Below are positions 1 to 10,742 of a DNA stretch of 64,000 bases, one piece after another. The notes below the pieces were generated by a model. That model had not been told where the DNA came from, did no database searches, and saw only the letters and a program-made list of their open reading frames with translations. The DNA lies in assembly GCA_030704615.1 (NCBI GenBank), contig CM060734.1:52824001-52888000 (forward strand). The letters are read 5' to 3'. The DNA is from Takakia lepidozioides (taxonomy: Eukaryota; Plantae; Bryophyta). The translations under genes were made by a program, and so were the position numbers. Numbering within the stretch: the first letter of the stretch is position 1; every line of letters starts with the position of its first letter.

Positions 1-71
1 TGGTCATAAGCATATCCCATGTTGTGTTTCTGTGTATACATCACAGTTTGCTGTCTCTCTGTTTTTGGCAG

Positions 72-173
72 ATGCATTATCGAGGTTTTGTCGACCCGGA
101 AGATCTTAACCACAAATCTGGCAAGAGGGAATTCAACAAAGTGTCTGGCTACGCAGATAGCAAGCTTGCTCAG
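72..173 (+). CDS. Internal exon of a short-chain dehydrogenase/reductase (retinol-DH/Tic32-like SDR)
   Basis: AG|ATGCAT...GCTCAG|GT exon (102 nt) encodes MHYRGFVDPEDLNHKSGKREFNKVSGYADSKLAQ with the SDR YxxSK active-site motif. I could not find the expected downstream exons before the convergent thioredoxin gene. Confidence 0.7.
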
Positions 174-2803
174 GTCAATCTCATCTTATTGAAGCTGGAG
201 GTTGAATGAGTTCCAGTCTTACCTGCTTTAGAGGAAGCTGCACTCTTGATCCATGCTTATGAGCATGTTGCTTCACCTTCAGTCCTCATTATCCTGTTAG
301 GTAGCTGCTTTGTGAAGCCCTCCCACTTGTCGGCATCTGACAAGAATGATGGTCACGGTTTACACTTTTACTTGCCTTTCTAGTACACATTTTAAGTCAG
401 GGGAATAGGTTTTTTCTTCTGTAGCTTATGGAACTAGTAAACCCTTGTGTGATAGCACCTACCCTTTTCATGATATGGAGGTGTTCAGGCTAGTTGATGC
501 TCCACATCCCTTTAGTGGAAGCCCAACACTTGGATTCGCAGGATGGCAGCCGGGAACTTGCCAATACATCTCAGCTTCCATTTTTAACATGCACCAAACT
601 ACCTACTTCAGAGCACCCAAGTCTGTTACAATCAGAAAGTGGTCTTATTTGATTGATTGCAATCGCATCCAGAAGACAATATGTCACATATTAAAATAAT
701 AACTATACTTGTTGTTACTCTTGATGACGGGCAATAATGCTGAAGATAAATTGCTCTAGTCGCCGTCGATTGCGTGTTGGAAATTGCTCCACTTGGCAGC
801 CATCCTGCTACAAGCTGGGATGTGGCAAGCTGCATTGCTTCATGTCGATAAACTAGGTTTTACAGTGCTACTAAATTGACCAGCCAACATAGCTGTCCTA
901 TTTGCCATGACCCTAGAAAATCCCATAATGCCTTCCCATAATGAGTACAAACTTGAGAAAAACATCTCACCATGAAAAATGAAAACATGGGAACAGGGCG
1001 AACTGATTGAATTGAGCCAGATCCTGAAAGAGTCCAACAATCCATCACAATTTCCTTAGAGGAGGAAGGAGACCAGGAGACAGATGTCTTGATTCCACAT
1101 TAAATTACAGAAACTCCAGTGTTATTGAACAACACTCGGACAATGAACATTTTTAAGACAAACGACACTTTGGAGGAGGTTTCCATGCAACACGTACATT
1201 GCAAGGTACCAATACTACACCTAACAAAATTAACCCCTAGCGAAATCAAGCAGGAAAGTCAAGAAGGGAGGCACATACTGTAAGATCATCATACTCGTCA
1301 CGCACATTGTGCTTCACAAATTGGATGCCCGTCATTTGGTCTACTGCACACTTTTCCCCACATCTCTGCAATGAAAGAATTATATCCTCATCTAGCACAC
1401 ATTGCAATTGAATTGAACACAGACCATCCATCATAATTAACAAACCTGAATACACTACACATTGTCAACCATCGTAATCAATAGATTGCTGAAGGTCAAA
1501 TTCAAGCTCAAGCTATGCAGAAAGTCCAATGGAGAGAGACCCGTTTACAAAGCTTGCTGTACTGCGGCAGGATGTATTTGCAGGCCCCACAGGATGGATT
1601 GTAGAAGTCCACAACCTGTCACATGTCCCCTTTCAAAACATCAGTGACGACTAAATGTGTCAAAATCTAGTTTGCAGTAAAATGACATCAGGTGCTGAAT
1701 CTCATCAATCCAGAGCATATTCCTAAGCCATCTGAACATAACACCATTTAATCCCCAATCCAAATTTTACTGTGCAATGAGAGTATGAAACTCCACTAAT
1801 TTTGGGGTACTAACATTTCTCAAAAGACAATTGTTGTGTATAAAGTATCTTCACTTATGGCCCAAAGCATTTCTTTTGACACACTCTCTGGCTTTATGTA
1901 ACTGACATGCCACTTGCTCCTGAAGACCAGCTGATTCCAATGTCAGGTTTCATCTACCCTACATCAACAGTCCAATCAGTGAACTAGTGTAGTGTTCTCT
2001 AGCCTGAGGTGTTTGAATACTGCAAGAATAGGTGTTTTATGGTGCAGCATAAACTGATTCCATCAAGCCATTTGGGTACATTGGTCCAACAAAACAAAGT
2101 AATGTTGCCAGGTTGGCCCATGGTGAGAAGACAGCTGTTATATAAAGAGAGCCACTGTGGGTTTGCCAAGTTATCTGGCAATGTTCAGAGGTGTACTTCA
2201 CAATCCTCATCGATGGCAATGGTTGGATGTGACTGATTAATAGAAAATCAGTCCAGAATTTTAATGAAACCATCTCCCTGAAACACACCCATCATACTCG
2301 ACAGAGCCACAAACAATACTTGATGCTCAGTGGGAAATAGCAGGCTTCAACAGCCTCACCCAGTTGCTATTTATGTACACCAAGAAAGATAGGACAAGCC
2401 TAAATGACGATAAAAAATAACAGCCTTGCACAGTTCTAGCATGTAAACCAATGCATGAGGAAATAGTATAGAAAACCTTGAGAAGTGCAGATTGAAGTGC
2501 TTCTCCTCTTACCCCACATGTTGTTGGCATGGAAAGGTGTAAGGGAAGAGATCATGCCCTTTAAAGAGCCACCAACTCCGGCCTTTTAATGAAATCAACT
2601 TGACATTTGGTAGCATCTTCTAGAAACCCTCCGAATTGAGAGAGGTTGGCATGAGGAAGGCCAAACAATCACTGAAGCTCTCAAAGCCAGATCCCCAATT
2701 TCCAGAGATCTGTATCTTGATGCCATCTCATCATTTGATCAAATGGAAAAAATGTGGGGATGGACATGGGGACAGACAAGTGGATAAAAGGCAAAACTAG
2801 ACT

Positions 2804-2861
2804 TGAGAGAATGTACTCGTAGCCTTGTGGCCATTGACCCTGTGCCCAGTTTGAGCGGAAC
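2804..2861 (-). mobile_element. 58-bp 5'-truncated 3' end of the adjacent LINE family
   Basis: Near copy of 2877-2946 (GTAGCCTTGTGGCCATTGACCCTG..CCCAGTTTGAGCGG), flanked by the direct repeat AAACTAGACT (2794-2803 and 2862-2871). Confidence 0.65.
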
Positions 2862-2876
2862 AAACTAGACTAGAGA

Positions 2877-4375
2877 TTGTACTCATAAGACGTTGTTTGC
2901 CGTAGCCTTGTGGCCATTGACCCTGCGCCCAGTTTGAGCGGGAACAAAAGGGACAGAACCTACCTCTGTCAGGGGCTGACGTTGGTAGTAAGACTTACCT
3001 TCATACATAGAATTAATCCGGGTTTTCCAGATATCCTCTAGAAATCCCTTCACACAAGCATCAATCTGCTGTGTGTGATTTGCCCAAAAACTAGGCCTCA
3101 GGAGGGCCTGGGCTTTTGGCTCAGCCTCGAGACTTTCAAAGTTGATAGATTTGAAGAGAGCGTTTGGTGAGAGAACCCCGGACAGTGTATCAGAAAATGA
3201 ATACTGTCTTCAGATTGCCCACACAACGGGCAATTGCACTCTCCCTTTCCTCTCCGCTTCTGTTTGCTGTTCAAAGGTAGGCTTCCTGCCCTGAGTTTAA
3301 ATTTCAGTCTAGTGCTGAGAGTGGGTAGACCCTTGAGGTCATCCAAGATGTCCTCCCCCATGTCACTGACTGGAAACAAGTTCAACTTCATTTTCATCAG
3401 ACAATCTCATGGCAACAGACATGGCTTTGGACACTACAGCCTCTAAGTCAGATTTATCCAGCAGGGTCAAGACTTGCGGATCCAGGTCCAAGTCCTTGAG
3501 AATCTCTTCTGCTCTCTTCTGCCAGGACTTAGCCTGTTTGACAGGGCGGTCCTGTTTCCAAGATATAGAGTCGATTAACTTAGGCTATCTGGTGTTGGAC
3601 ATATGTTGCAGCTGACCCCACCATCTGACCTTGAATTCATCTCGTCGGGAGCTTAAGGACGGAATGCCAAACTCACCCCGAACAGCCACATTGGCTGTTT
3701 TGGAGCATGCTGACATACACTCCTTAAGCACCCCCACTTGAATGGATTCTAGACTTAGCCTGGTTGCTGACCCCTCTGCAGTGGAAAAATTTAGTGAGCC
3801 CCAGAGCTTTGCCCTTGCCAGTTTGAACAACTTTCCGGATATGTGCATCCCAATTGCAATTGGAGGAAAACTCAACGCCCAGGTAAGTGTAGGAAGGGAG
3901 GACCGGGATCTCTTGGCTACCCCACTGCCACTTAAGATCACTTCCTCCCTCTCCTCTGTCGTTGAATGCTACCACTGCACATTTGCTGACATTAGCCTCT
4001 AGCCCCCAAAGATCAAAGTATCTCTTCGCGCAATCAATCAACTCCTGGAGATTGGTTGGAGTCTCCCCTATGCCTGCAAAGTCATCCGCAAACATAAGGG
4101 CTGGTATGGTGGTATCACCCACCCCTTAACCCAAATCCCTCACTTTCCACATCCTCGAGGAGTTGATTGATGAAAACATTGAAGAGCAGAGGGGAGACAG
4201 TACATCCTTGAGCTACACCTTGGTCTATGTCAAAAAAGTTGGACTTCTGTCCGTTAACAGTGACACAGCTTTTGGTGTGAGCATACAAGTTGTGGACAAC
4301 TCTCCACATCTTTCCCTTGATCCCACAAGACCAGAGGCGGAACCATAGGCCATCTCTCCACACTGTGTCATAAGC
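2877..4375 (-). mobile_element. 5'-truncated non-LTR retrotransposon (LINE, RTE/RTEX-like), degenerate
   Basis: RT motifs AYDTVWRDGL, GVAQGCTVSPLLFNVFI, LMFADD and YTYLGV, plus a C-terminal CPLC..HFLIHC zinc finger, spread over frameshifted ORFs. CTAGAGA flanks both ends (2870-2876, 4376-4382). Lies inside a thioredoxin intron. Confidence 0.9.
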
Positions 4376-4382
4376 CTAGAGA

Positions 4383-4566
4383 GAGAGCAAGAGAGAGAAT
4401 ATACTCATAAGACGTTTGATGTAGCCTTGTGGCCATCAATAATCTGTCCTGGGTTTGACAGAACAGACACTACCTTTGTGGGGCTCACTCCAGTAGTGAA
4501 ACTTACCGTGATATAAATAATTGGTTTGGCCATTCCAGATTTCCTCTAGATTTTCTTTCACACAAG
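4383..4566 (-). mobile_element. Diverged 3' end of a related LINE in a (GA)n tract
   Basis: TACTCATAAGACGTT..GTAGCCTTGTGGCCAT..ACTTACC..TTCCAGAT.TCCTCTAGA..TTCACACAAG aligns by eye with 2880-3058. GA repeats lie on both sides. Confidence 0.7.
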
Positions 4567-5596
4567 AGAGAGAGGCACAGGAAAATCTACAGGAGAGGTG
4601 ACAGAGATAGGAGAGCCAGGCAGGAAGAAAGAAAACACATACCAGCTCATTTGTGGATTCAGCCTCCTCTCAAACTCTGCAAGAGTCCTTACTTCACGCA
4701 CACAATCAATTGGGCATGTAACTTCAGCCTCTGCCTCCCGGGCCTCTGCCTCCTGAACCAACACGCACTTCACTGCCTATCATATGTTGTCACCACAAAT
4801 AACACACAAGAGCCTCCATTTTCAAAGGACTTGGCCTTGGACACTAGCTGCAAATCTGAAATGAAGGCCCATCCATCACATAGAAAGATATTGCAAACCT
4901 AATCAACTGAGATTGGCGAGAGGAATCAATTCACCTCGTTGGAAAACGGGAGAGTCATTGAACCCATTTTCTTTTGCCTTAGAATTACAAACAATTCAAT
5001 CTACGATGATGACACAACCAACCATGTTAAACACGAAATCTCTCTAGGAGCAGACATATTGAAGCCAAACCCATCAGCAAAGAGCCAAAGAAAGGCCCTG
5101 ATCTCCCTGCACTGATGAAAAGATACACAGTAAACTAGATTTACCATCACCCTTGAGGTGATGTCTCCAAGCTCAAACTCCACTAGGTTATCCCAAAATT
5201 CTGAGCAAACACCATCTTTTGCTGGGCAGGGTCTGACTTCTCAGTTATCTAAAAAGACATAGGTTTGAAGAACCCAGTTACTACTGTATTATCTAATGAA
5301 ATCAACGAGAAGTTGGACAGAGTTCAGTTGCTGACATGATCACCTGTGGAACTTCGGTTCAAGCTTCCCCAATCAATGACAGAGTCACCAACAGCTATAC
5401 ACAAATTCTAACATCCGAGCAGTGAAAAGTTCTGTCAAGGAATTGCATGAACGTGATAGGATTCTTCGACAGACGAGTTTGACATGTGAAAAAGTTGAAA
5501 CCAAAACAGACTTGCAAGATCTGATGAAAGAAGCACCTCCTGCTGCCACCACATCTCATCAAGGTGCCGACACCGGTCGATATGGATGCCTGCCCT

Positions 5597-8500
5597 CACC
5601 ACATTCCGGTGCTGTGCACAGCTTAGGACCTCAACCTCTGCACAAAACTCTTTTGTCTCCCTGTGTACTTGCCAGCTTATGCTGCTTCACTGCCACATCC
5701 TGGCCATCTGGAAGAACCCCTCTGAACTGAGCCATATCCACCCTCAGCCAGAAAGTTAGCCTCAGAAAAACCTCCAGTGGCAAGCTCTAGCTCAGCATAG
5801 CTGTATCTTCGAGGGGATTTTCCAAACACGGTTGCTTTGTGCTGACAAATTGAGCACAAGGGTGGGGCTCCTAGTGGAGTGTGCTGAGATAACATCATTG
5901 CCTTTCGCCGACTCGATGTACGGTCCAAATCACCTTGCTTGGGCCTTGCTGGCAGGGAGTCACCCCAGGATCCCGGTTCCCTTGTCTCCCCCACTGTACT
6001 TGTATCAACTATCTCCTGTAACCCTGTTAACCTCCTTAACCTGTCTTACCTCTGCACACAAGGACATAGGTAGAGAGTCTGATACTTGCAGTATAAGTTG
6101 AGGTGCAATGGGAGGATGGAGGATGCCATCTATGCCCACTTTGTGCAGAAGAATGTAAATTTAAAAACCCAGCATGCATGCATGGACAGTAACATAGTCC
6201 CCACATTGAAGCCACATTCAACAACTTCAGTCCTTGCATGCTACCAGCACACTGAAGTGTGATCCTTGCAACTCATGACAAACGAGTGGGTGGAGAGAGG
6301 TCCAGAGGACTTCTGGGACAGAAGAGAGCAAAAGCAAGACACTGATAATATAGCTGAATATTCCAAACACATCAGGAGTCAAAGCTCTGTACCTCTTTCT
6401 GGCTTGAAAAGCTCGGCTAGGGATCCTCGTTGCAAAGGCAGTCCACAAATCTCAGAATTCAATTGGAGCACAGGTTGGAGGTTCGGCCCCAAACTCAGTT
6501 CCCTTCTGCTGACGGAGGGCCAGCTTTCAAATGACTGCCGCGTACTAGCATTGACTGATTTTGCAGGTGAATCCCTTCGAGAACTTCTCACTGGTGATTC
6601 CCTCCTGGAGCTTGCTCTGGATCCTGTTCTGGAGACTGTTTTGGAAGGTGGCGACAGTTGACCTGAAAACCCCATGGTCCTGTTCCCTGTTTGCGCCATC
6701 ATTTCCAGCACAGATGCTCTCTATCAACGATGCTCTCTATCAAGTGTTAATGAACACAAGGATCTATGACCACAAGGGTACAGCAAACAACATCTTAAGA
6801 GTACATTTTATCAAGTGTTTCTGCACAGTTCTCAGGAAAGCCCACGGCGAAGTGCCATTTATGTATTACCTTTAATGATTCGACAAAGTAGCATATCTTT
6901 TTATTTGCTGTGGCCAATACAGCAGCACAAAATGATGAGAAAGTTCATGCACATATTTCAGGAAAGAATGTCTGCTGAGAGAGTAACACATGCATACCTG
7001 AAGGCTCAGGCCGATTTCCAATTGAGACTCAGCCCTTGCATCAAAGAAGGACTTGCCAATTTTGGAATTGCAATTGCTTGCATGGGATCTTGGATCAGGT
7101 CTCAGTCCCGGCACAGGACTACCATCATCACTGTCCGATCAAATTTTGCATGCGATCCTCCTTTCTCCATAAGTTCTTCTGCTGTAGCCTCCAAGATGCC
7201 TCCCCTTACAATCATTCCTGAGGATCCATGATCCAATTGTGGATCAGAGGGAGAATACAGGCTCAGAGAGGGGAGTTACCAGGCTCAGAGCTGGAGTTGG
7301 AGGAGGTCCCAGGCTCAGACGGTGTAAAAGGGGTCTCGATGTCATCAGGGCTGCTTGAAGGAGTGGTCTGGTTTGAGCCTGACGAAAACCCCCGTGTACT
7401 TCCTGTGCTTGAAGCCCCATGAGCAGCATGAAGATTAAATCCCTTGGGAGGTGCCAAGCTTAGTCCCTCCAGCAGTCTTGATGATGTCTCACTTTCAGCC
7501 AGTACCCCCAAGGGTCCCCTGCGCTTGAGATTCAAACGTAGTACCTTGGGCTCCAATGGCGACAATGTTACAGTGCAGCAGCCCCATACAGTACTTCCCC
7601 TCTTTCTTCAAATGCCTGTAGATAAGATACCATCTGCCCCTCAGATTAAGAGCTGTAACTTAGACACTAGTATCCAACACATGCACAAGAATATAAACCC
7701 ACTCCTGAACATGCTTCACCCCCTGAGGATGAAACTGTAAGCCTAGAGTAACTTATACCCCACCATAAATACACACTGACTGCAGATTCATTGATTACAA
7801 GATGACTGCTGACATAGATCCTAGTTCAGCTGTAGTGTTTGTTGTTGAGTGCAACAACAATGACTCTCTTTACAAGAAAGGAGAAAGCAGGGTATGATGG
7901 GCCCGGGGAAGAGACATCCTATAAGTATCAAGATATCTCTTACAATTTAAAGGTGGCCAAAAAGAAGTGCTGAGATCTGATCTAAGGTTAGAGGGGTTTT
8001 TTGGGCTGGGGGAAGAGAGAACCATTGACTATATTGACTCTTATGTATATAGATGCAAGTGTTCAGAACCTGCCTGTCAAGAATAACCCAGCTTCCACCA
8101 AGCTTCTTTGCCTCCACAGCTGTTGCTTCCCGTCCCTTTGCTTCAATTATCTTCACCCTGATGGTAATCTGCCACCCACTAACAAATCAGAATGCTCGCT
8201 AATTAATGCCTTTCAAATCATACCAACAATTCCAACTATGCTTGGAAGCGGCCTCTTGCAGAAGAGTCAGATTTGGACATGAACCTAACTGCTATTGTGT
8301 GACTATATCTCAACAATATTTTTAAGAACCCAACACTTAACTGTTGGATGCCTTTCCACAGAATAAAGCTCTATTTGAAGTAAACTTCAGCGAATTCCAC
8401 TCTCTTACACAGCACGCACACTTAAGACACAGAGGTAGTAACCACGACAGGCGCATGAACCTGTCAAATAATGGCAATCAAATAATGGCAATCGGAACCA

Positions 8501-9147
8501 AACACTTTCTTCTTGAAAAATAGAAGCATTTTAATGAAGACATACCTTCCTTGCAGTGCACAGTTTATGCAGTTGCTGCAACATGGAGGTGCAGGACTTG
8601 CGGATTTCCTCTTCCACCTTCCGCTTCGTAGGTCGAGATCCCCAGAAACCGCTTCGTCCTTGACGATAACGAGAAGTGCAATCCCCACGGAGCATCGGCA
8701 GCAGTGCAGGAATCCCCCATATCTTGCGAACTACCATACCAACAAGGGAAAGCCAATGTGAAATGTGCGACAGACCCAAAGAAAACAGACATAGACACAG
8801 AAGGTGATACCAACGGAAATGCTTCCAACATTCTATAATTAGGAACACTTTCCAGTCCTGCCAGAGAGACACGAAGTGCGAGAAAGCTGGTCAGCATTGT
8901 CCGATTACTGCCGGACCCTCCATACATCCCCTTCTTGAGGCTGGGAAGAGGCTACCAGCTTATGCCCATCCCTCGTTGGCATATTATGACTATGGGTTAG
9001 ATGCATACCAGAGCTACCAGACGGAAGAATCGCCAAGAGGGTCACGCTCTCCCCAGCCTGCACCATCACATTGGAGAGCGCCCACTTGAGCGCATGCTTT
9101 GTGATCACCTTTGTTGCATCAACTGCAACCACCACCTGTCCTGCCAA
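5597..9147 (-). pseudogene. USP-like N-terminal domain receptor-like cytoplasmic kinase (SELMODRAFT_444075-like family), frameshifted and truncated
   Basis: Exons encode VVVAVDATKVITKHALKWALSNV, EAKKLGGSWVILDR, HLKKEGKYCMGLLHCNIV/PKVLRLNL, PPLCSICQHKATVFGKSPRRYSYAELELATGGFSEANFLAEGGYGSV, GVLPDGQDVAVKQHKLASTQGD and EFCAEVEVLSCAQHRNVV. Frameshifts at about 7555, 5720 and 5652. Kinase homology stops at about 5597. Confidence 0.85.
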
Positions 9148-9960
9148 TTCTGATGCCCCCCTCTTCGAGACAGGTATGTACTGGATCCCAAAGCCCCACC
9201 CGCGCCCACAATTCTCAGCTCAATGTCGAACAACCCAGCGTCCAAGGACGACACAGACGTGGACTAACAAGCTACTTACAAGTTTCAGGTGTATCCAACA
9301 GTCCAAATCGGAAAAGGGCGCATGTGTCAAAAGAACGAAAGCCGACACAGATCTCCCACACTGCAGCAACACTCACACTCTGCTGGATAGCTTGATTGCA
9401 AGGGTTGAAGGGTTGAGTAAGTGGATACAGGATCTCGACCGGGAGAGGTTGGCATAGAAGGATACAATCTCTGAAAATCGATGCTTGATAGCTGAGTTAC
9501 AGGGCGGGCTGTCGCTGCAAATAAGATATAATGTATACGACGTGAATGTATGGGGAATACCATTCATTGCGTCGTTTCGGGAGAATTCCTCAAGTTGAGC
9601 ATTGATCGGGTGTTGGGTGTACCACCCAGGGCGAGTTCATCCAGAAGATTCACCAGTAATCAAGATTTGCCTCAAATTGATGAGACTTGCGTGGCCCTGA
9701 ACCTCAGTGGGGAGCGCCTTTACATCCATAGGGGAGAGAGAAGACTGGGGCCGAGGGCTGCGTAACCGAGAGCCACTTCGCCTTGCGGCTACTGCCCCTT
9801 TTTGGGGTGGGCACTATAACAAAAAAAAAGTGTCATGGGGACATGGGGATGTCCCCAAGTGACCGCTAAGAATAGAGGGGGGCGAGGTACTAGGGATATC
9901 ATGGGGACATAAGGTGCGTTTGAAGTGCCGGATTTCAGTTGGCGTTTGTTGGTGATAATA

Positions 9961-10686
9961 TGTCGCGGCCCTTTGCCTTGAGGGCAGGGGGTCGGGACGC
10001 ATGAGGGGCTGCCCCTGTGGTGGGGGCAGCGGCAGCGATAGGTATGGGGGCTGAAGCACCCTTGAGTGCCCAAAGCACTCAGGGAAGCGGAGGCGCTCAC
10101 TAGGTGGAGCCCCGCACACCGGGTTGCGGTGGGGGTGGCTCCACAAGGGGTGGTGGTAGCTTAGCGGGACTTAGAGGGGGTGGCATAGTACTCACCATGG
10201 GGGCGGAGACCTCGTGGTTGGAGTCGTGGGGAGTCTTGGGACTCATCACGGTCCATAGGGGCCGTGGTGAGTGGGCCAAGACTCACCGCGACTCATCACC
10301 GGGAGTCGAGGGTTTTCGTGGTGGTTCGCCATAAAATGGCATGGCTGGTTGTGAAACCCCCGCGGACAGCTACAGAAGTATATATAGGGAGTAGTAACCC
10401 CGAGAACGGTGCAAGCCTGTTGGTGACCAAAAACTAGTGAGTAAGCGAGCGAGCCGGAAAGCGACCAAAGAGTGGGGAGCTATTCCGGACCGCCAACTAC
10501 CAAAGGGAATTCCCGCTGATTCCAAATCGGTGGAGGGTTCTTTGGGAGAACAAAGGGGGACCATTATGCCCCGGTGAGCAGCCGAAGCTCCAAGTTGGCT
10601 CGGCGGCGAGGTTGGGAGTCAGGCGCGCGCATCAAAGCTAGCAACTATGACCTGAAGGGAAGCTTACCGAAGTGAGGTGCGCGACA
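9961..10686 (+). repeat. 5' LTR of the chromovirus
   Basis: TG...CA ends with a 7-bp inverted repeat; about 97% identical by eye to 16202-16927. Confidence 0.95.
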
Positions 10687-10688
10687 CT

Positions 10689-10700
10689 TGGTATCAGAGC
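10689..10700 (+). promoter_or_regulatory. Primer-binding site (initiator tRNA-Met)
   Basis: TGGTATCAGAGC, 2 nt after the 5' LTR. Confidence 0.95.
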
Positions 10701-10742
10701 TTAGAGTTCAGTACGTGATCGTCCCTGGGGATTGGCCTCATC

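Larger units (their letters stand above)
715..4772 (-). pseudogene. Chloroplast thioredoxin-like 4 (Lilium-type TRX) gene, frameshifted; 5' exons uncertain
   Basis: GT-AG exons 4772-4643 (EAEVTCPIDCVREVRTLAEFE/EAESTNEL), 1615-1541 (VVDFYNPSCGACKYILPQYSKLCKR, CxxC), 1365-1279 (IQFVKHNVRDEYDDLT), 1023-971 (DLAQF/SVRPVPMFSFFM) and 804-715 (DGCQVEQFPTRNRRRL..stop). Motif order matches plant TRX-like 4. Frameshifts at about 4665 and about 1007. Confidence 0.8.

Noticed and set aside
2877-2950. Hammerhead ribozyme in the LINE 3' tail
   Set aside because: No complete CUGANGA/GAAA core with supporting stems found by eye.
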